Assembly (NCBI RefSeq): GCF_004010195.1
Contig: NC_057719.1
Coordinates: forward strand, 33,644,767 to 33,708,766
Direction: 5' to 3'
Origin: Chiloscyllium plagiosum
Taxonomy: Eukaryota
DNA: 64,000 nucleotides
Shown here: in pieces, positions 13,491 through 26,512 of the stretch
Layout: every line of letters starts with the position of its first letter
Position numbering within the stretch: position 1 is the first letter of the stretch
Position numbers and translations under genes: made by a program
The notes under the pieces: generated by a model
Seen by the model: the letters and a program-made list of their open reading frames with translations, nothing else
The model's database searches: none
Told to the model about the DNA's origin: nothing

Positions 13491-13960
13491 GCCAAGCTCC
13501 CTGGAGAACGATTAACAAAAGCCTCTCGGTCACCGCTCAGCCACATCCATCCTTGTGCCAAGATCAGCAGCAGGCAGTAAAAAATCAAACAGCAAACTCC
13601 TGTGTCTATCGGATTTCAGCAGCTCCACATCAGGCTGGAACCTGTTTCCGTGGGAGGGGGGGTGGACTCGGCTCCAAGTAGCCGTCTGCCCCTCCTCTCT
13701 CGTAGCACAGAGAGAGAGGGCTGGATCCGCACAGCCAAACACACACACACCAAATCACTGAAACAAGAAGTTCTGGACGTGCAGAGAGAGACGCTGCTTC
13801 ACCGCTCGATCCGGGCTTAAAGGAGGCTGTGAAGATGTCACCGCGCAGGAGAGAGAGGGAGAGAGAGAGAGGAACAATCTTCCACAGCCGGCCCCTTCGC
13901 TGGGTGCTGCTGCTGCTGGGAGGGCGGGGGGAGGGCGGAGAGAGAGAGAGGGTCGGGATG
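13491..13960 (-). other. candidate first (5' UTR) exon (TSS approximate)
   Basis: Donor GGC|GTGAGT at 13491/13490; CT-rich leader; TAAATA-like motif at ~13974-13979 on the minus strand. Confidence 0.45.
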
Positions 13961-15449
13961 GGGGAAGAGTAGATATTTAGCGGAGCTGGAGAATCACGTT
14001 GCTCAGTACGTGCCCCCGATGCTGAGCATGGAGCTCGCCCACAGCCGGAGACGTACAGACTGCGTGATTGAAGCTCGTCAGCAGCAGAGGGAGAGCACAG
14101 TGGGAGTGAGCGAGGCCCCGCTCCCCTCTCCTTACCCGGCACCACCCCTCACACACACACACCGCGGCGCCCTCAGGCTAACCCCTCGGCCTTTTTCATA
14201 ACCGCACTGTTTCTCTCTGTCTCTCAGAAAACAGATTCCATTTGGGCACCTTCCTCATTAGCGATTGAGGAACGGTCGCAATTTAACTCGCGGGGGCCAA
14301 TTGGAAAACTTCAAAGTCCAACTGTGAACGAGGAGTGGAAAGGGAGTGAATCATCGCTGGTGGAGCCGGAGTTTTCTCTGACAGGGCCCGCGGGGTCTAA
14401 TGGTTTCTGGTTCCACATTCGGACCTGGGACTTTCGGTCCCGCTTTCAATCGCACCTGGGAGAAAACCTCACGAACAACAAGGAAAAAAAAAGCCAAACT
14501 TTTTGTTTTCCAAACGTTCAGCTGGGTACCTGGCCCACGTACATGTTCAACCAATCAAACTACCCAGAAGTATTTCCTGTGTCTCTGGGGTAGTACGCTG
14601 ACTTCCCCATTGGGACCAGACCTGACCGCGAGATGCAGGGGGTGCGGAGAGATTAGTGAAAGGGGACAGCTTCCTCCTACCCCAAACAATCCCAATACAG
14701 ACAAGCATCCTCATGGGAGGCGGTTGCAATCAACAGGAGCCAGGGATCATAGCCACCCTGCAGGTATCCTTGGTGGGCCGAGCTGGTTAAGCAGCAGTTC
14801 CCAACACACCAGTTGGTTCCAATATGAGAAGCTCTCCCAGTCCGTCCCCAATTCTAGGGTCAAGTATGAGATCATCGAGCCACTCCAGACCCTAAACTAT
14901 CACCTACGTCCAAGAAGGACAGCCAGTGTTTGGTTTCTGAGCTGGCCCACTGTTACACGATAGTTTCCCATCCTTCAGTGACAGATGACCTGATATTCAT
15001 GTCTCTCAAGCCGCATTCTACGCTCCTCCATTACATGAGTCCAGGTCCTCCTGTGGACAACATTTTAAAACAGCCGTGCCTGACCTTAGACTGCTGGATT
15101 CCCACTCTCCCGGCCGATCAGTCATTTGAACCCTTCCACTTTAGAAATCGCCCTTCTGCACCATCTCAGCTCCTTGACATTAGTCTCTGAAATTCTGCAA
15201 CATTAGATCAATGGGGCAAGGTGTGTCCAATTGTTCAGGAGGCCTGAGTGTTTCTGATTCTGATCAGGACACCTCTGGATAACCGTGGAATAGCCTTCTG
15301 GAATCTTCGATTGCCTGCAGGCAGGAGGTTCTTTGGCCCATCTTGTCTGCTTTTTTTTCTGTGTGTGAGCAATTCCCCAAGTGCCACTACCCTCCTCTCT
15401 AGGAGCTGCATTTTCCCCTTGTTCAGATAATGATGCAATTAGCTTTTTG

Positions 15450-16430
15450 AAAGCCCCATCTCACTTTCTGACAGATCTGTGATCCGCACCCGGTTGCCTG
15501 GAAAGAAAACAACTCCTCCATGTTGGCCACTGATCCATTTAGCATTGCTCTTAAACCTTTGCCCTGGATTCTGGAACCTTCCACCAACGAAAACAGCTTC
15601 TCCCTATCCATTTTATGCAGACTTCTCTTGCTTGTAAATACATCGATCAAATTCTCTGTCAACTTTCTTGTCTTCGAGGATAACAGTCTCAGTTTCTCTG
15701 AATCTTCTCATATAACTGAAATTCTTTGCACATGTGGTAAAAACAATGACTGCAGATGCTGGAAACCAGATCCTGGGTTAGTGGTGCTGGAAGAGCACAG
15801 CAGTTCAGGCAGCATCCCAGGAGCAGCGAAATCGACGTTTCGGGCAAAAGCCGTTCATCGTGGAGAAGGGCCTTTATTCCTGATGAAGGGCTTTTGCCCG
15901 AAACGTCGATTTCGAAGCTCCTTGGATGCTGCCTTAACTGCTGTGCTCTTCCAGCACCACTGATCCAGAATCTTTGCACATGTGACCATTCTCCTGGATT
16001 TTTTTGCCGTCCTCCGAACACCTTTACAACCTAAAGTGTGTGCTCAGAACAGGACACGGCTGGAACTGAACTTGTATGTTTATGCTGGTTTGATTGTAAG
16101 CTTGCTTTTGTACTCTATGCCACTTTTGGTGAAATCCAGGATGCTGTATGTTTTACAAACCGCGCTCTCCACCCGTCATGCAACTTCCAGGGGATTATAT
16201 GCATATGCACCCAGAATACCTCTGCTCCTGCACCTCCTTTAGAATTGCGATTTTTCTTTGATATTGTCTCTCCACATCCTTCCATTAAAATGAATCATTT
16301 CACACTTCTCTGCATTAATCTGCCATTTGGTCTGTCCATTCCACCGACCTGCGAATTCCCTTCTGAAGTTACCATCTTAATGGTTAATAGTACTTCCGAG
16401 TGTTGTCTCATCAGCACATTTTGAAATTGT
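15450..16430 (-). mobile_element. old CR1-like fragment hosting a PLE hairpin
   Basis: ORF 15423-15662 ENLIDVF...MDREKLFSLVEGSRIQG resembles the CR1 ORF2 C-terminus. Confidence 0.55.
15737..15970. mobile_element. Penelope-derived head-to-head pLTR hairpin (family 1a) with hammerhead motif
   Basis: Inverted arms of ~90 bp; intact core on + at 15880-15907; 14-bp TSD tctttgcacatgtg at 15723-15736 and 15971-15984. Confidence 0.9.
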
Positions 16431-17271
16431 GCCCTGCGTGACAGTATCAATGTCGGTGAAAACACAAACAAAGCCATAATGATATGGACAGAATCAGGCA
16501 ACAAAAGCGAAGGGGCGAAACACACAGTTGTCTTGCAGCTGGAGTATTTTGCTATCAGAGGTAGTAGCTGAAACTTAGCTGCCCCAGGAAAGGAAATGAT
16601 GCCACCATCAAAACTGGCAGCAGCCTTTCCCAATGCTCCCGATGCACACAAACTGATGGAGTTAACCTTGAAAAGTAACTGGCTTATGATCATAAATTAG
16701 TGTTGCACTGTGGAGTGTCCGCTACTAATCTGTATTTTTTTAGTAACTGAATGTCAAAAATGGACGAATGTCCCTCATTGTGCTACGCCTCACGAAATCC
16801 AGAAAACGAGTGATCCACCTCAGTGCAATTGTCTATTGCCTGATTGCAGATTGTAAGATCATAACCCCTTGCATAATGTAATAGACTGAAATGGAGTAAA
16901 ACTGCTCAAGCTGTTCTACGCCAGACTCGTCAGACAAAACTTGACAAAGAGCCAAAGCTGCCTCGTCAAAGGTTTGAGCTTCAAGGGGGATTTGAGACTA
17001 AGAGAGAAGATTGGGGAGGGATTGGATAGGATGGCTTTAATGACATTCAGAGAGAATTAATCAAAGTTGACAGAAGTCAAGGTTTCCGAATGCCCAACAA
17101 TACACAGAGGACTATGGGATTTAGACAGCACACAGGTTTCCTTTTGTCTGTTCAGGCTTAACTGGAGCTGAGTGGAAAGAATCCCTCCATCAGTCAGAGG
17201 CCTTTGTAATAAGCCGGGCCGGTGTGCTGAGCATTAACAGTGGCGCCTGCTGTACATCTCAGATTCAACTT

Positions 17272-17545
17272 ACTAGAGGGCAAAGGTTTAAGGTGAGAGG
17301 GGAAAGATATAAAAGAGACCTAAGGGGCAACTTTTTCACACAGAGAGTGGTACATGTATGGAATGAGCTGCCAGAGGAAGTGGTGGAGGATTTAAGAGGC
17401 ATTTGGATGGGTATATGAATAGGAAGGGTTTGGAGGGATATGGGCCGGGTGCTGGCAGGTGGCACTAGATTGGGTTGGGATACCTGGTCGGCATGGACGG
17501 GTTGGACCGAAGGGTCTGTTTCCTTGCTGTACGTCTCTATGACTC
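17272..17545 (+). mobile_element. CR1 3' end fragment
   Basis: TRGQRFKVRGERYKRDLRGNFFTQRVVHVWNELP plus 3' UTR tail. Confidence 0.9.
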
Positions 17546-20027
17546 TTGCGCCCATCACCTCTTGCGGGAGATTGGATACTGTTTTAAAACATCGTTATCT
17601 GTCGGTTCTTGAAAAGCAATCGTCATCTATCTGGAAGTAACGAGTGTTGCGACTTAGCAAGATGCTAGCCACACACACAGAGACAACTGTCCCTTTTGAG
17701 ATTATGGATGCTTCGGGCAAAAGGCGGTTCTTTCTGAAGATAAATCCAGGCGCAAAACTGCTCGTGATGGCTTGATAGATGAAGTTTCTGTTGGGGGAAA
17801 CTGATATGTTGGAAAAAAAAATGCATTTATAGAGTGTCTTTTCACTTTCTCGAGCTTCAGATGCCCAAAGGATAACGTGTGACCCGAATTGTGGAGCCAA
17901 GCGCATTGATTCACTGATCTGTTTTAGTAGAGGTATTTGAGAGAGGAATCTTGGCTGAAACATCAGAAGTCACTGTTATTCTCTTGCAAAAAACTCATTG
18001 ATTTTGCATACACACTAGAGTAGGCTGACAGGCCTAGCACCAATGTCTCATCCAACACACAGTGCAGTTGGGAAATGGAGGGTTGAACCTTGTGTAGATC
18101 TAAGTCTGTCCGCTCCTTATCCTGGTATGTTACATTCTGTAATTGGATGTATGGTGGAATTTAATTTCCTACTCTTCCTTCCCATTATCTTGATAAGCAC
18201 AACGAAGGCGCCATTAATAAATGAACAAGGGGACTGTGAAGTTGATTCGGAATTTGCCTCATGTAAGTATATAAGGCAATGAAGAACTGTAAGTTAATAA
18301 CAACCCTGCAACGCAGAAGACTGGAAGCTCCAGCACGCCTTCCAACATTTATTAAGACAAGTAATAATGGTACCTTTAAATTCAATAACGTTTACTAAAA
18401 CAAAAGACGCGAATGAGATTGAATGTATCCTCTTGCTGGTTACTGTTTCCAGTTCCTGCACGTGTTTCAGAGGGAATATTACCCCTCAGTCCAACACTAA
18501 CGCAGTTATGTCTCAAATGGTTTCTATGGAAACCAAAAGTATATACAATAAAATACGATTTTCTCGTTCTCTTGATCCTGCAACAGTACTATGGCCGAAC
18601 GGATGAATATTGAGATGTGGCACATTAATAACCCACTAACTGTTTAATTAGGGAACCACTTTCAATCGTTTTAAAAGGGCAGAAAATTAATGTTCTTATT
18701 AACTTATACATAAATAGTGTCTCATACAACACGCACCTCAATATAAAAAAAATCCCCGGTACTGAGTAATATAACCAAAGCGATATCTGCTTTTCTTGCA
18801 TTTCTAATAGTGACATTACTTTAGACAAGTCTCTGTTCAACACGAGCCCTCGTGATTAGTTCAACATTAGCAAGTCTTTCTCTGTTGGCTTACTTCTTCT
18901 GTGAAGTTGAATAAGGAATAAAAATATGCCATTGCTTCGTATAAACGTGCTCCCAATAAATACACAACAGGGCAAATGTACTCAGCTCCAGGTTATTCGC
19001 GGAAGGCAAGCTTTTTAAACTGAACAGCCAACATCACGTTCCTCCAGGCCTCATCATGTGAAATGCGGTATGAGTTCCAACCAGAGCTTCTCCGAGCTAC
19101 ACACAGATTGACAGCATGCAAACTCGCGCACCGGTACACTCCTTCCTTGAGCTAGAAGTGGAGTTAACACCGTTTGCACACACCATGGTGATTACGCTGA
19201 CAATGTTTCTTTACGAGGTGTAACTGCCACAGAACGGCACACAGGCCAAGGAGATGCTGACATGCGCTCTCTGACACAGCGCACCCTTTGCTAAGTCGCA
19301 GATCCGAGATTTACATCCTTCAGGAAGACTGGCGTTGGTTTCTGGCTGGAATCTGTGACTGTTGTGTTTCTGTGAGAGTTGATACCGCTTCCTGCAGCCC
19401 GTGTGCACGTTATGTTGCAAGAAAACTGTAATAAGAACACTCCATGTTTTATTAGTAGGCCTTCTTGTTACAGAATTGACCAAGTTGGAGTTTCCTGTCT
19501 TTCGTACAAATTTTGAAAATTCACACGTAAACACATTGAGCGCGTGACGGCAATTTCGAACTTGTTCTTGCACCCCGATCGCCCCACCTCTCCGTTAGTA
19601 AATCAATTTATTTTGATAATCATACAATTCCTGTAGCTTTCACACAAAGTTAACAATATAGATATTTACTTGCCTCTGCTAATTCAAAAGAGCCTGTTGT
19701 GCGAATATACATGTGGGAACATGTACATCTTGTACAGCGCAGTATCTTTATATGATCTCGTGGTTGTCCCTGAAGTTGGCAGCAACTGACCTGGATTCCA
19801 ACAGCGCCATGCTGCTTTACAACGGTAATGCCTCCTTTGCAACTTGAAAAGACAGGGTGGTGGGTACATCTGAACGATTGACTGTCATGCCTGAATGTCT
19901 GATTGACAGTCTTAATGGATGCTTCATCTCGAGACTTATCCTTCCATTGCGTTCAAGTTCTCGCGCCTTCCGAATAGTGCCATCATTGATTTTCACCCTG
20001 CTCTATTGCCCTAGATTTCGTTTTTGT

Positions 20028-20850
20028 TTTTATTCATTTGTAGGATGTGGGCATTGCTGGCTGGCTAACATTTATTGCCTATCCTTGGGTGAGCTGCCTT
20101 CTTGAACTGCCTGCTGTGGGTTGACCCACAAAGACATTAAGGAGGGAATTCCAGGATTTTGACCCAGTGACAGTGACCGACAAAGAAGAGCAATATATTT
20201 CCAAGTCAGGATGGTGAGTGGTTTGGAGGGGAAACTGAAGATGTTGGTGTTCCCATATATCTGCTGCCTTTGTCCTTCCAGTTTGGAAGGTGTTATCTGA
20301 GGACCTTTGGTGAACTGCTGCAGTGCATCTTGTAGAAAGCACACACTGCTGCTATACTTGTGAATGTGGTGCCAATCATGCAGGCTGCTTTGTCCTGGAT
20401 GGTGTTGAGCTTCTTGAGTGTTGTTGGGGCTGCAGTATCCAGGAAAGTGGGGAACATTCCATCACACACCTGACTTGTGCCTTGTAGATGGTGGACAGGT
20501 ATTGAGAAATCAGGAGGTGAGCTTTTGGCTGCAGTATTCCTAGCTTCTGAGCTGTTCTTGTAGCCACTGTATTTATTGGTGAGTTCAGTTGAGTTTTTAG
20601 TCAATGATAACTGCCACAGTGATTGTAGCACTGTTGAATGCCAAGGGATGGTGATTAGATTGTCTCTTATTTGTGATGGTCATAGTCTGACATTTGTGTC
20701 GTGCAAATGTTATTTGCCACTTCTCTGACCAAGCCTGGATATTATCCAGACCTTGTTGCATTTCACCATGGACTGCTACAGTATCTGAGGAGTCATGAAT
20801 GGTGCTGAACATTATGCAATTATTGGCAAACATTCCCACTTCTGACTTTC
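20028..20850 (-). mobile_element. L2/CR1-group LINE (second family), 3' part
   Basis: MFANNC (FADD-like), IYKAQVRCVMECSP, LKKLNTIQDKAACMIG; tail gcaataaatgttagccagccagcaatgcccacatcc. Confidence 0.85.
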
Positions 20851-23199
20851 TGCCACTGTCATGAGAATTGGCATCCGGAAGGTTGCGATCAAGGAAAACC
20901 TGACTTGAAACAGTGAAGTATGTTCACTGAGAGCAGAGGTTAGCAGATGACAATGATCTGCTTATAAGGGCACTTCAGGTAGCCCTTGCCCATTGCTAGC
21001 CATTTCGGCAGGTGTTAGCTTGCAGCTTTTTACAGGCCTATCGCTCTGAATGGTCAATTAGCTTCTCGCTCTCCCTCAATGACTGTCCTTTCTGTGCTGT
21101 CCTGGAGCACATGCCACGAATGAAGCGAAGCGACAATTCCACTGAGGGACCACATTAGCTCAAATGCACCACGCAGCATTGCTGCACTGTGTCTATCTAA
21201 CACCCGAGACTATCAATTCTTCAGCAGCAAAGAAGCGGGATGGAGGAAGCTTTCAGGTTACAAATGTTGCATTTGGTACATTGGAAATAATCTGGTGAAA
21301 AATAAACAATAATGCACTGTTTCCATAATAATTCAGAGTCGATATACCTATAATATATGTGTGTGTGTGTATGCCATTATTCTGCCAATTATTTACCATT
21401 AATGCCAATGGTTCTTTTTAAGAGCACATCAGCAGATTTAAATGTACAGTTGTGTGGAGGCGGCCAGTACCAAACCTCTTGCAGTATTAATGTACTGAGT
21501 GCACTCTACTGGCCAACAGGCTGAGCAACACGTAGACATCCAACCGCGCGACTCCATCTGCTGCCGTTCCACTTGATTCCGAGTACATTCACGTCAAACC
21601 TAATTGCAGAGAGCCAACAGAAGAGCATTACAAAATCTGTGTGTTGCCTTTTTGATTCAAACCAAGGTTATCCACGCCAGCTGATGTTCCTTTTGCTATT
21701 AAACATATGACTCGAGGCATTCAAAACTAGTTTAAAGTTAATTGCTATACTAGGCAAAAATAAAGTGACACGAATCCGTAACAATGATCCCAAACTCATA
21801 TCCGTATTTAGTGAGCTCCATTTATTTTGTAACTTGGGAAATTCAAAGACGACTTCCCGAGTGTATTGGTAGAGTTTTTCTAATCTACTTGTGTGTGAAT
21901 GTGGGTGTTAAGTACCCATAAATATGTATAATCAACATATGCTGTTTTGTTAACTTCAGAAAAATAATTGATGAAAAGATGCCTTCTAGGTAGAATATTC
22001 TTTGTCTTAATCTTCCTAATTATGAATCAACAAACTGTCACATCATTGAAGCTTTATTGTTTAGTGAAGATTTTAAGATTTAAAAAATAGATCCCTAATC
22101 ACATACGCGAATTCAGTCCAAAGAAACATTTGGCACTGGTTGGCATAATCGTGGAATTACTCAAGGTACTTTACATGCTCGATTAATTGGCAGCAATACA
22201 TGTGCAAAATGGATGTCACTGTCCGCTACCCGTTGTTTGTTTCTGCAAGCTTTAGAGATTTGAGCGCCACTGTCTTTCCCTCCTGCACCCCCACCCCCAT
22301 CCATTAGCAAGATCACAGCAGACATACAAATGTTGAGCTGCCGGTGTCTAACATTGCTGCTCGGTACAGATAAGACAGACTATCTGCACAAAATGCTTGA
22401 GCTCTTCCTTTCATAAAGGATCGTGCGACCGTAAATAATCGGTCGTTATTTTTAGAGTGGAGTTAAACAATCGAGGCTTAGAGTCTCCCCATAGATGCCT
22501 GCCACCGCAAGGAAGAAGGGGCTATTCATTTGGCAGTGCAGATGCCTTTCAGTAATAATTAGTATATCCATTTGTAAAGTTCAGCGAATAACCTTCAATT
22601 GTTTTGTTTTTTTTTCCTTTTGGTATATAATTCTCCTTTCAAGTGACCATGATAACAGTAGCATTTTAAATTAAGAAAAAAACATAATGCTTTGTCTTTA
22701 TGGCGATGCAATAAATGATGGAGTGAAAGGAAAGGTGGTTTATAATCATCGTAATTATGGGGATATAGGTCAAGCTCGTTCCTAGCAAATTAACACCATA
22801 GCGACTTGGCATTTCTAAAACCTCATAAATGGGCAAAGAACTGCATTAAGTGCCAGGTGGTAGGGTTGATTTGTCTACCTGTAAGAAAGAAGCATGCATT
22901 ATAGTTGACAGCTCCCATTCTTTCAACTTCAATCAGCAAAAAACAGGAAACTGGTAAACTGTTTATTCACTCTATTATTATATGATGGCATGAATGGCGC
23001 ATAATTTAAATTTTGATTCTCACTTATTGCACCCTTATGAGCTCAGAGAAATTTAAAATTGATTTTGTTGATATTCCATTTTACTACAAGAATCTTTGTA
23101 ACTATTAGCTTTAAATGATTACATTGTTTATTGCCTGTCATAACACAAGAGAAATAAAAAAAGACCATCACAATAAAGGAAGTGTTTTTAATTAAACCA

Positions 23200-24870
23200 A
23201 AGGGGCAGAATATTTACAGCCCAGGCCCACTGTATTTGACCCACTGTCGTTATGCCAGTTCAGGCAGACATTCCAGCCCTTGGCCTGTAGTCGTTTGGGT
23301 TTCAACAATTCAAATGTTATGAAATAAGGTAAATGGAATGAGGGTTTTTGCTTCTGTTACCATTTGAGCAAAAAGGACCAGACCATACCCAACAATTCTT
23401 GATTGCCACTCCACCACACCCACACCTCCACCATCATCACCTCGGTGTGATATTCCAAAATTCTTTTCACAACCAGTCTTTTCTGCCAATTATTTTAAAT
23501 TTCTGCCACTGGAAATGATATCTCTGCTAAGAGAAAAATTCTTTCCCATCCATTCAATCTAGACTATTGATCGTTTTATACATCTCATTTTAACAGCTCC
23601 TCAGACTCTTCTGCTTCAACATCTCCAATCTTTCTTCATAGCTAAGATTTTCCATCCTGCAAACATTCTCATAATTCTCTTCTGTCCCCTCTCTAGTGTC
23701 ATTGTCTTTTTCCTCTAATATGTGTCCAGAACTGTAGGTATTGGCCTGACTTGTGTTTTGTGCAGTTTGTAGTCTATTCTTTGTGCTCTGATATTCTATG
23801 CCTCAAATAAAAAAGGAAAATATCCCATTTACTTGGTTATTTATCCATCCTGCCACATTCAGCAATCTGCAGATATTTACTTCCAGGATGATCTACAGTT
23901 TCTCCGAATCCTATAATTTATTGCGCATTCCTTTGTCTTGTTTGCTGTCCTCAAGTGCATATTTGTTTGTGCCTTCATATACTGTTTTTCCTCATGGGAC
24001 ATAATGGAAAAGAATTGGAAGGATTAGTAAGCTGATTATCACCTTATTGAATTATATCATGAACATCTCTTTTGTCACCAATAAGTCTTGAAGTGGACTT
24101 TAACCTGAAGGCAAAAGTGAGGACTGCAGATGCTGGAGATTAGAGTTGAGAATGTGTTGCTGGAAAAGCACAGCAGGTCAGCCAGCATTCAGGGAGCAGG
24201 AGAATCGATGTTTCGGGCAAAAGCCCTTCATCAGGATTGATGATGAAGGACTCCTAATGGAGGACTTTTGTCTGAAGTGTTGATTCTCCTGCTCCTCGGA
24301 TGCTGTCTCACCTGCTGTACTTTTCCAGCACCACATTCTCGAATTTAACCTGAAGCTCCTGGCTCAGAGATAGAGAAATTACCAGTTAAGCCACAATGCT
24401 TCCTCCTCAAAACCATTCCATCACATTTCTTCAGATTGAATTCCTTTTGCCACTTTTCTATTCATCAGACCAACCCAATGCTGATACTCTTCAACTTTCA
24501 CCATCACCATCAATCACAGAACCAAGCTTTGAATCATCTGCTAACGTCTTACTTATGATCCAAGCATTTACAATAAATCATATGATAGAAAGACAGGACC
24601 ACGTACTGAGCTCTATGGACCTCTACGAGAAACAACCTTTCAATTACCAAAACAGGTTTTAAACATTACCCATAGCTTCCCGCCAATATGCCAATTTTGG
24701 ATGAATCTTGTCAATTACCCATCATCTTCTGTCATGAACTCTTACTTTCCTGATCAGTCTTCCATGTTAGAGCTTCACTAAAGCCTTACTAAAATAGTTG
24801 AAGACTGGACTGAGACATTACTCTTATTGAGCTTCCTTGTTATCTCCTCAAATATTTCAATTAAATTAGT
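23200..24870 (-). mobile_element. old degenerate CR1-like LINE with a nested SINE remnant and a PLE hairpin
   Basis: Decayed reverse-strand motifs (tccagaactgta, tcatctgctaac = FADD region). Confidence 0.45.
24111..24343. mobile_element. Penelope-derived pLTR hairpin (family 1b) with hammerhead motif
   Basis: Inverted arms; core on minus at 24207-24234; 12-bp TSD tttaacctgaag at 24099-24110 and 24344-24355. Confidence 0.88.
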
Positions 24871-25079
24871 TGACACTCTGCAGACTTTTCTTTCTGAATA
24901 TGTATATCAAAAACTAGAGTGGTTAACCAAACACTACAGTTGATGGAAGAGATTGGAAAGTACAGTACTGCATTATGCTGGAGGTGGATTATTTAACAAG
25001 CCTGAATGAAAACTATCCAAGGCTATGACGGGAAACGAAAAGTAAAAACAGGGAATCTAACTATAATTTGTAAAATTTT

Positions 25080-25930
25080 CTCTGACTAGAGATGTAAATC
25101 AAAGAACTGGAGAGCAACTAATATGGTGCTATTGTATAAGAAAAAGGGAAATCAATAGACCAAGTAATTGTAGGTCTGTCATTCTGATTTGGGTGGTAGG
25201 AAAATTATTGGAAAATTATCAGGGATGGGATAAACGTTTAGAAAGACACAAATTAATCAAAGACATTCAGTTTAGACTGATATAAGAAATTCATGTCTGA
25301 TTAACATAATTCATTTTTTGAGGAGGCAACAAGAAGTGTTAAGCGATTGATGAAATATCACATGACAGACCGATCATGAAAGAAAATGCCTATGGAATTC
25401 AAGGCATATTGGCAAAGTGGATCAAAATTTGGCTCAGAGGCTGGAGGCAAATAGTAATGGTCAGTTGGCATTATCGTAAGAAAGGTTGCTTTCAATGGGG
25501 TTCCAGAGGACTCAGCATTGAGTCATAGAGTCATGGAGACATACAGCATGAAAACAGACCCTTTAGTCCAACTCGTCCATGCCGACCAGATATTCTAACT
25601 TAATCTAGTCCCACTTGCCAGCACCCGGGCCAAATCCCTCCAGACCCTTCCTATTCATATGCCCATCCAGATGCCTGTTAAATGTTGCAATTGTACCAGC
25701 CTCGACCACTCTTTGACATCAATGATTTCGACTTGAATGTTGAGGACATAATCAAGAGGTTTCCAGAGGATACAAACATTGGTTATGTGGTTGATAATGA
25801 AGAAAACAACAGGAGGATGCTGAGAGTTATCAAAGGACTACTCTGCTGGTTGGACAGTATCAAGCAGACTTCAATCAAGATAACTAGAAAATAATATATT
25901 TGGAGAGAGCTAACAAGGCAGGATAATAGG
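25080..25930 (+). mobile_element. old CR1-like RT fragment
   Basis: Decayed NYRPVSL, CLTNL and GVPQGS-type motifs. Confidence 0.55.
25522..25710 (-). mobile_element. CR1 3' end fragment nested in an older LINE
   Basis: Matches the 7462-7650 tail. Confidence 0.85.
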
Positions 25931-26389
25931 GTAGTTCAACATCTTAGAGTACAGTTTTCATAGTGACTACCTCAAAATATAAAAATGCACTAAAATGTTA
26001 GACCAGTGATGACAAACATTCTGGCCTAGCCAGCAATGCCCACATTCCCTGAACAAATGAAAAGTAATTCGTTATGTGCATCTTTGCTTTACCAATATTT
26101 CAATTACAAAACTTAGTGTAACTAAAATGTTCTGTTTACGTATACATATTTAAATGAGAATTTGAATCAGATTATGCCTCACAATTAGAAAGAGAATGCC
26201 ATCCTCCTAGAACCTATGACTTTTTTCATGTACATAATGGTTATATTTCAATTTTGAGATAATTAAACATAAATAAAATAAACTTTAAAAACTTATTCTA
26301 AGTATTTCTCCACATCTCACTTTCAACTTTGTTCAGATTTAATTTTGTTTTAACCATTACTGCATTAATCAGCTAATATGAAGATTATG

Positions 26390-26512
26390 CAAACAAAATA
26401 CTGTGGTGTTGAAATATGAAAATAAACAGAAAATGTATACTCGGCAGGTCTAACAGCACCTGTGGCAAGAGAAACAGTTAAATCAGTAGGTCTTTGACCT
26501 TTCATCAACTGA
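26390..26512 (-). mobile_element. old PLE-derived pLTR remnant
   Basis: Minus strand reads ttgatgaaaggtcaaagacct, a decayed hammerhead-like core with aggtc/gacct stem, followed by a pLTR-like tail. Confidence 0.45.

Larger units (their letters stand above)
11000..14700. promoter_or_regulatory. CpG island / promoter region of a probable minus-strand gene
   Basis: Sharp rise in GC and CpG density with no recognisable TEs; G-runs, GA tracts and several splice donors on the minus strand. Confidence 0.8.

Noticed and set aside
13491..13630. MWSC-TGA-NPIDTGVCCLIFYCLLLILAQG..., a possible selenocysteine or readthrough ORF with a hydrophobic stretch
   Set aside because: No SECIS can be assessed, no recognisable homology, and the frame stops soon after splicing to the 11780 exon; simpler as uORFs
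13089..14963. Several 110-190 aa ORFs in the CpG island
   Set aside because: Expected in GC-rich DNA; low complexity and no recognisable domain
15737..15970. MITE, pre-miRNA or terminator interpretation of the hairpins
   Set aside because: Arms are asymmetric, TSDs are long and variable, and the sequence is the pLTR of the GIY-YIG element at 62948
21094..21113. REST/NRSE-like half site (gtgctgtcc), also at ~13471 and ~32168
   Set aside because: The second half-site is missing or mis-spaced
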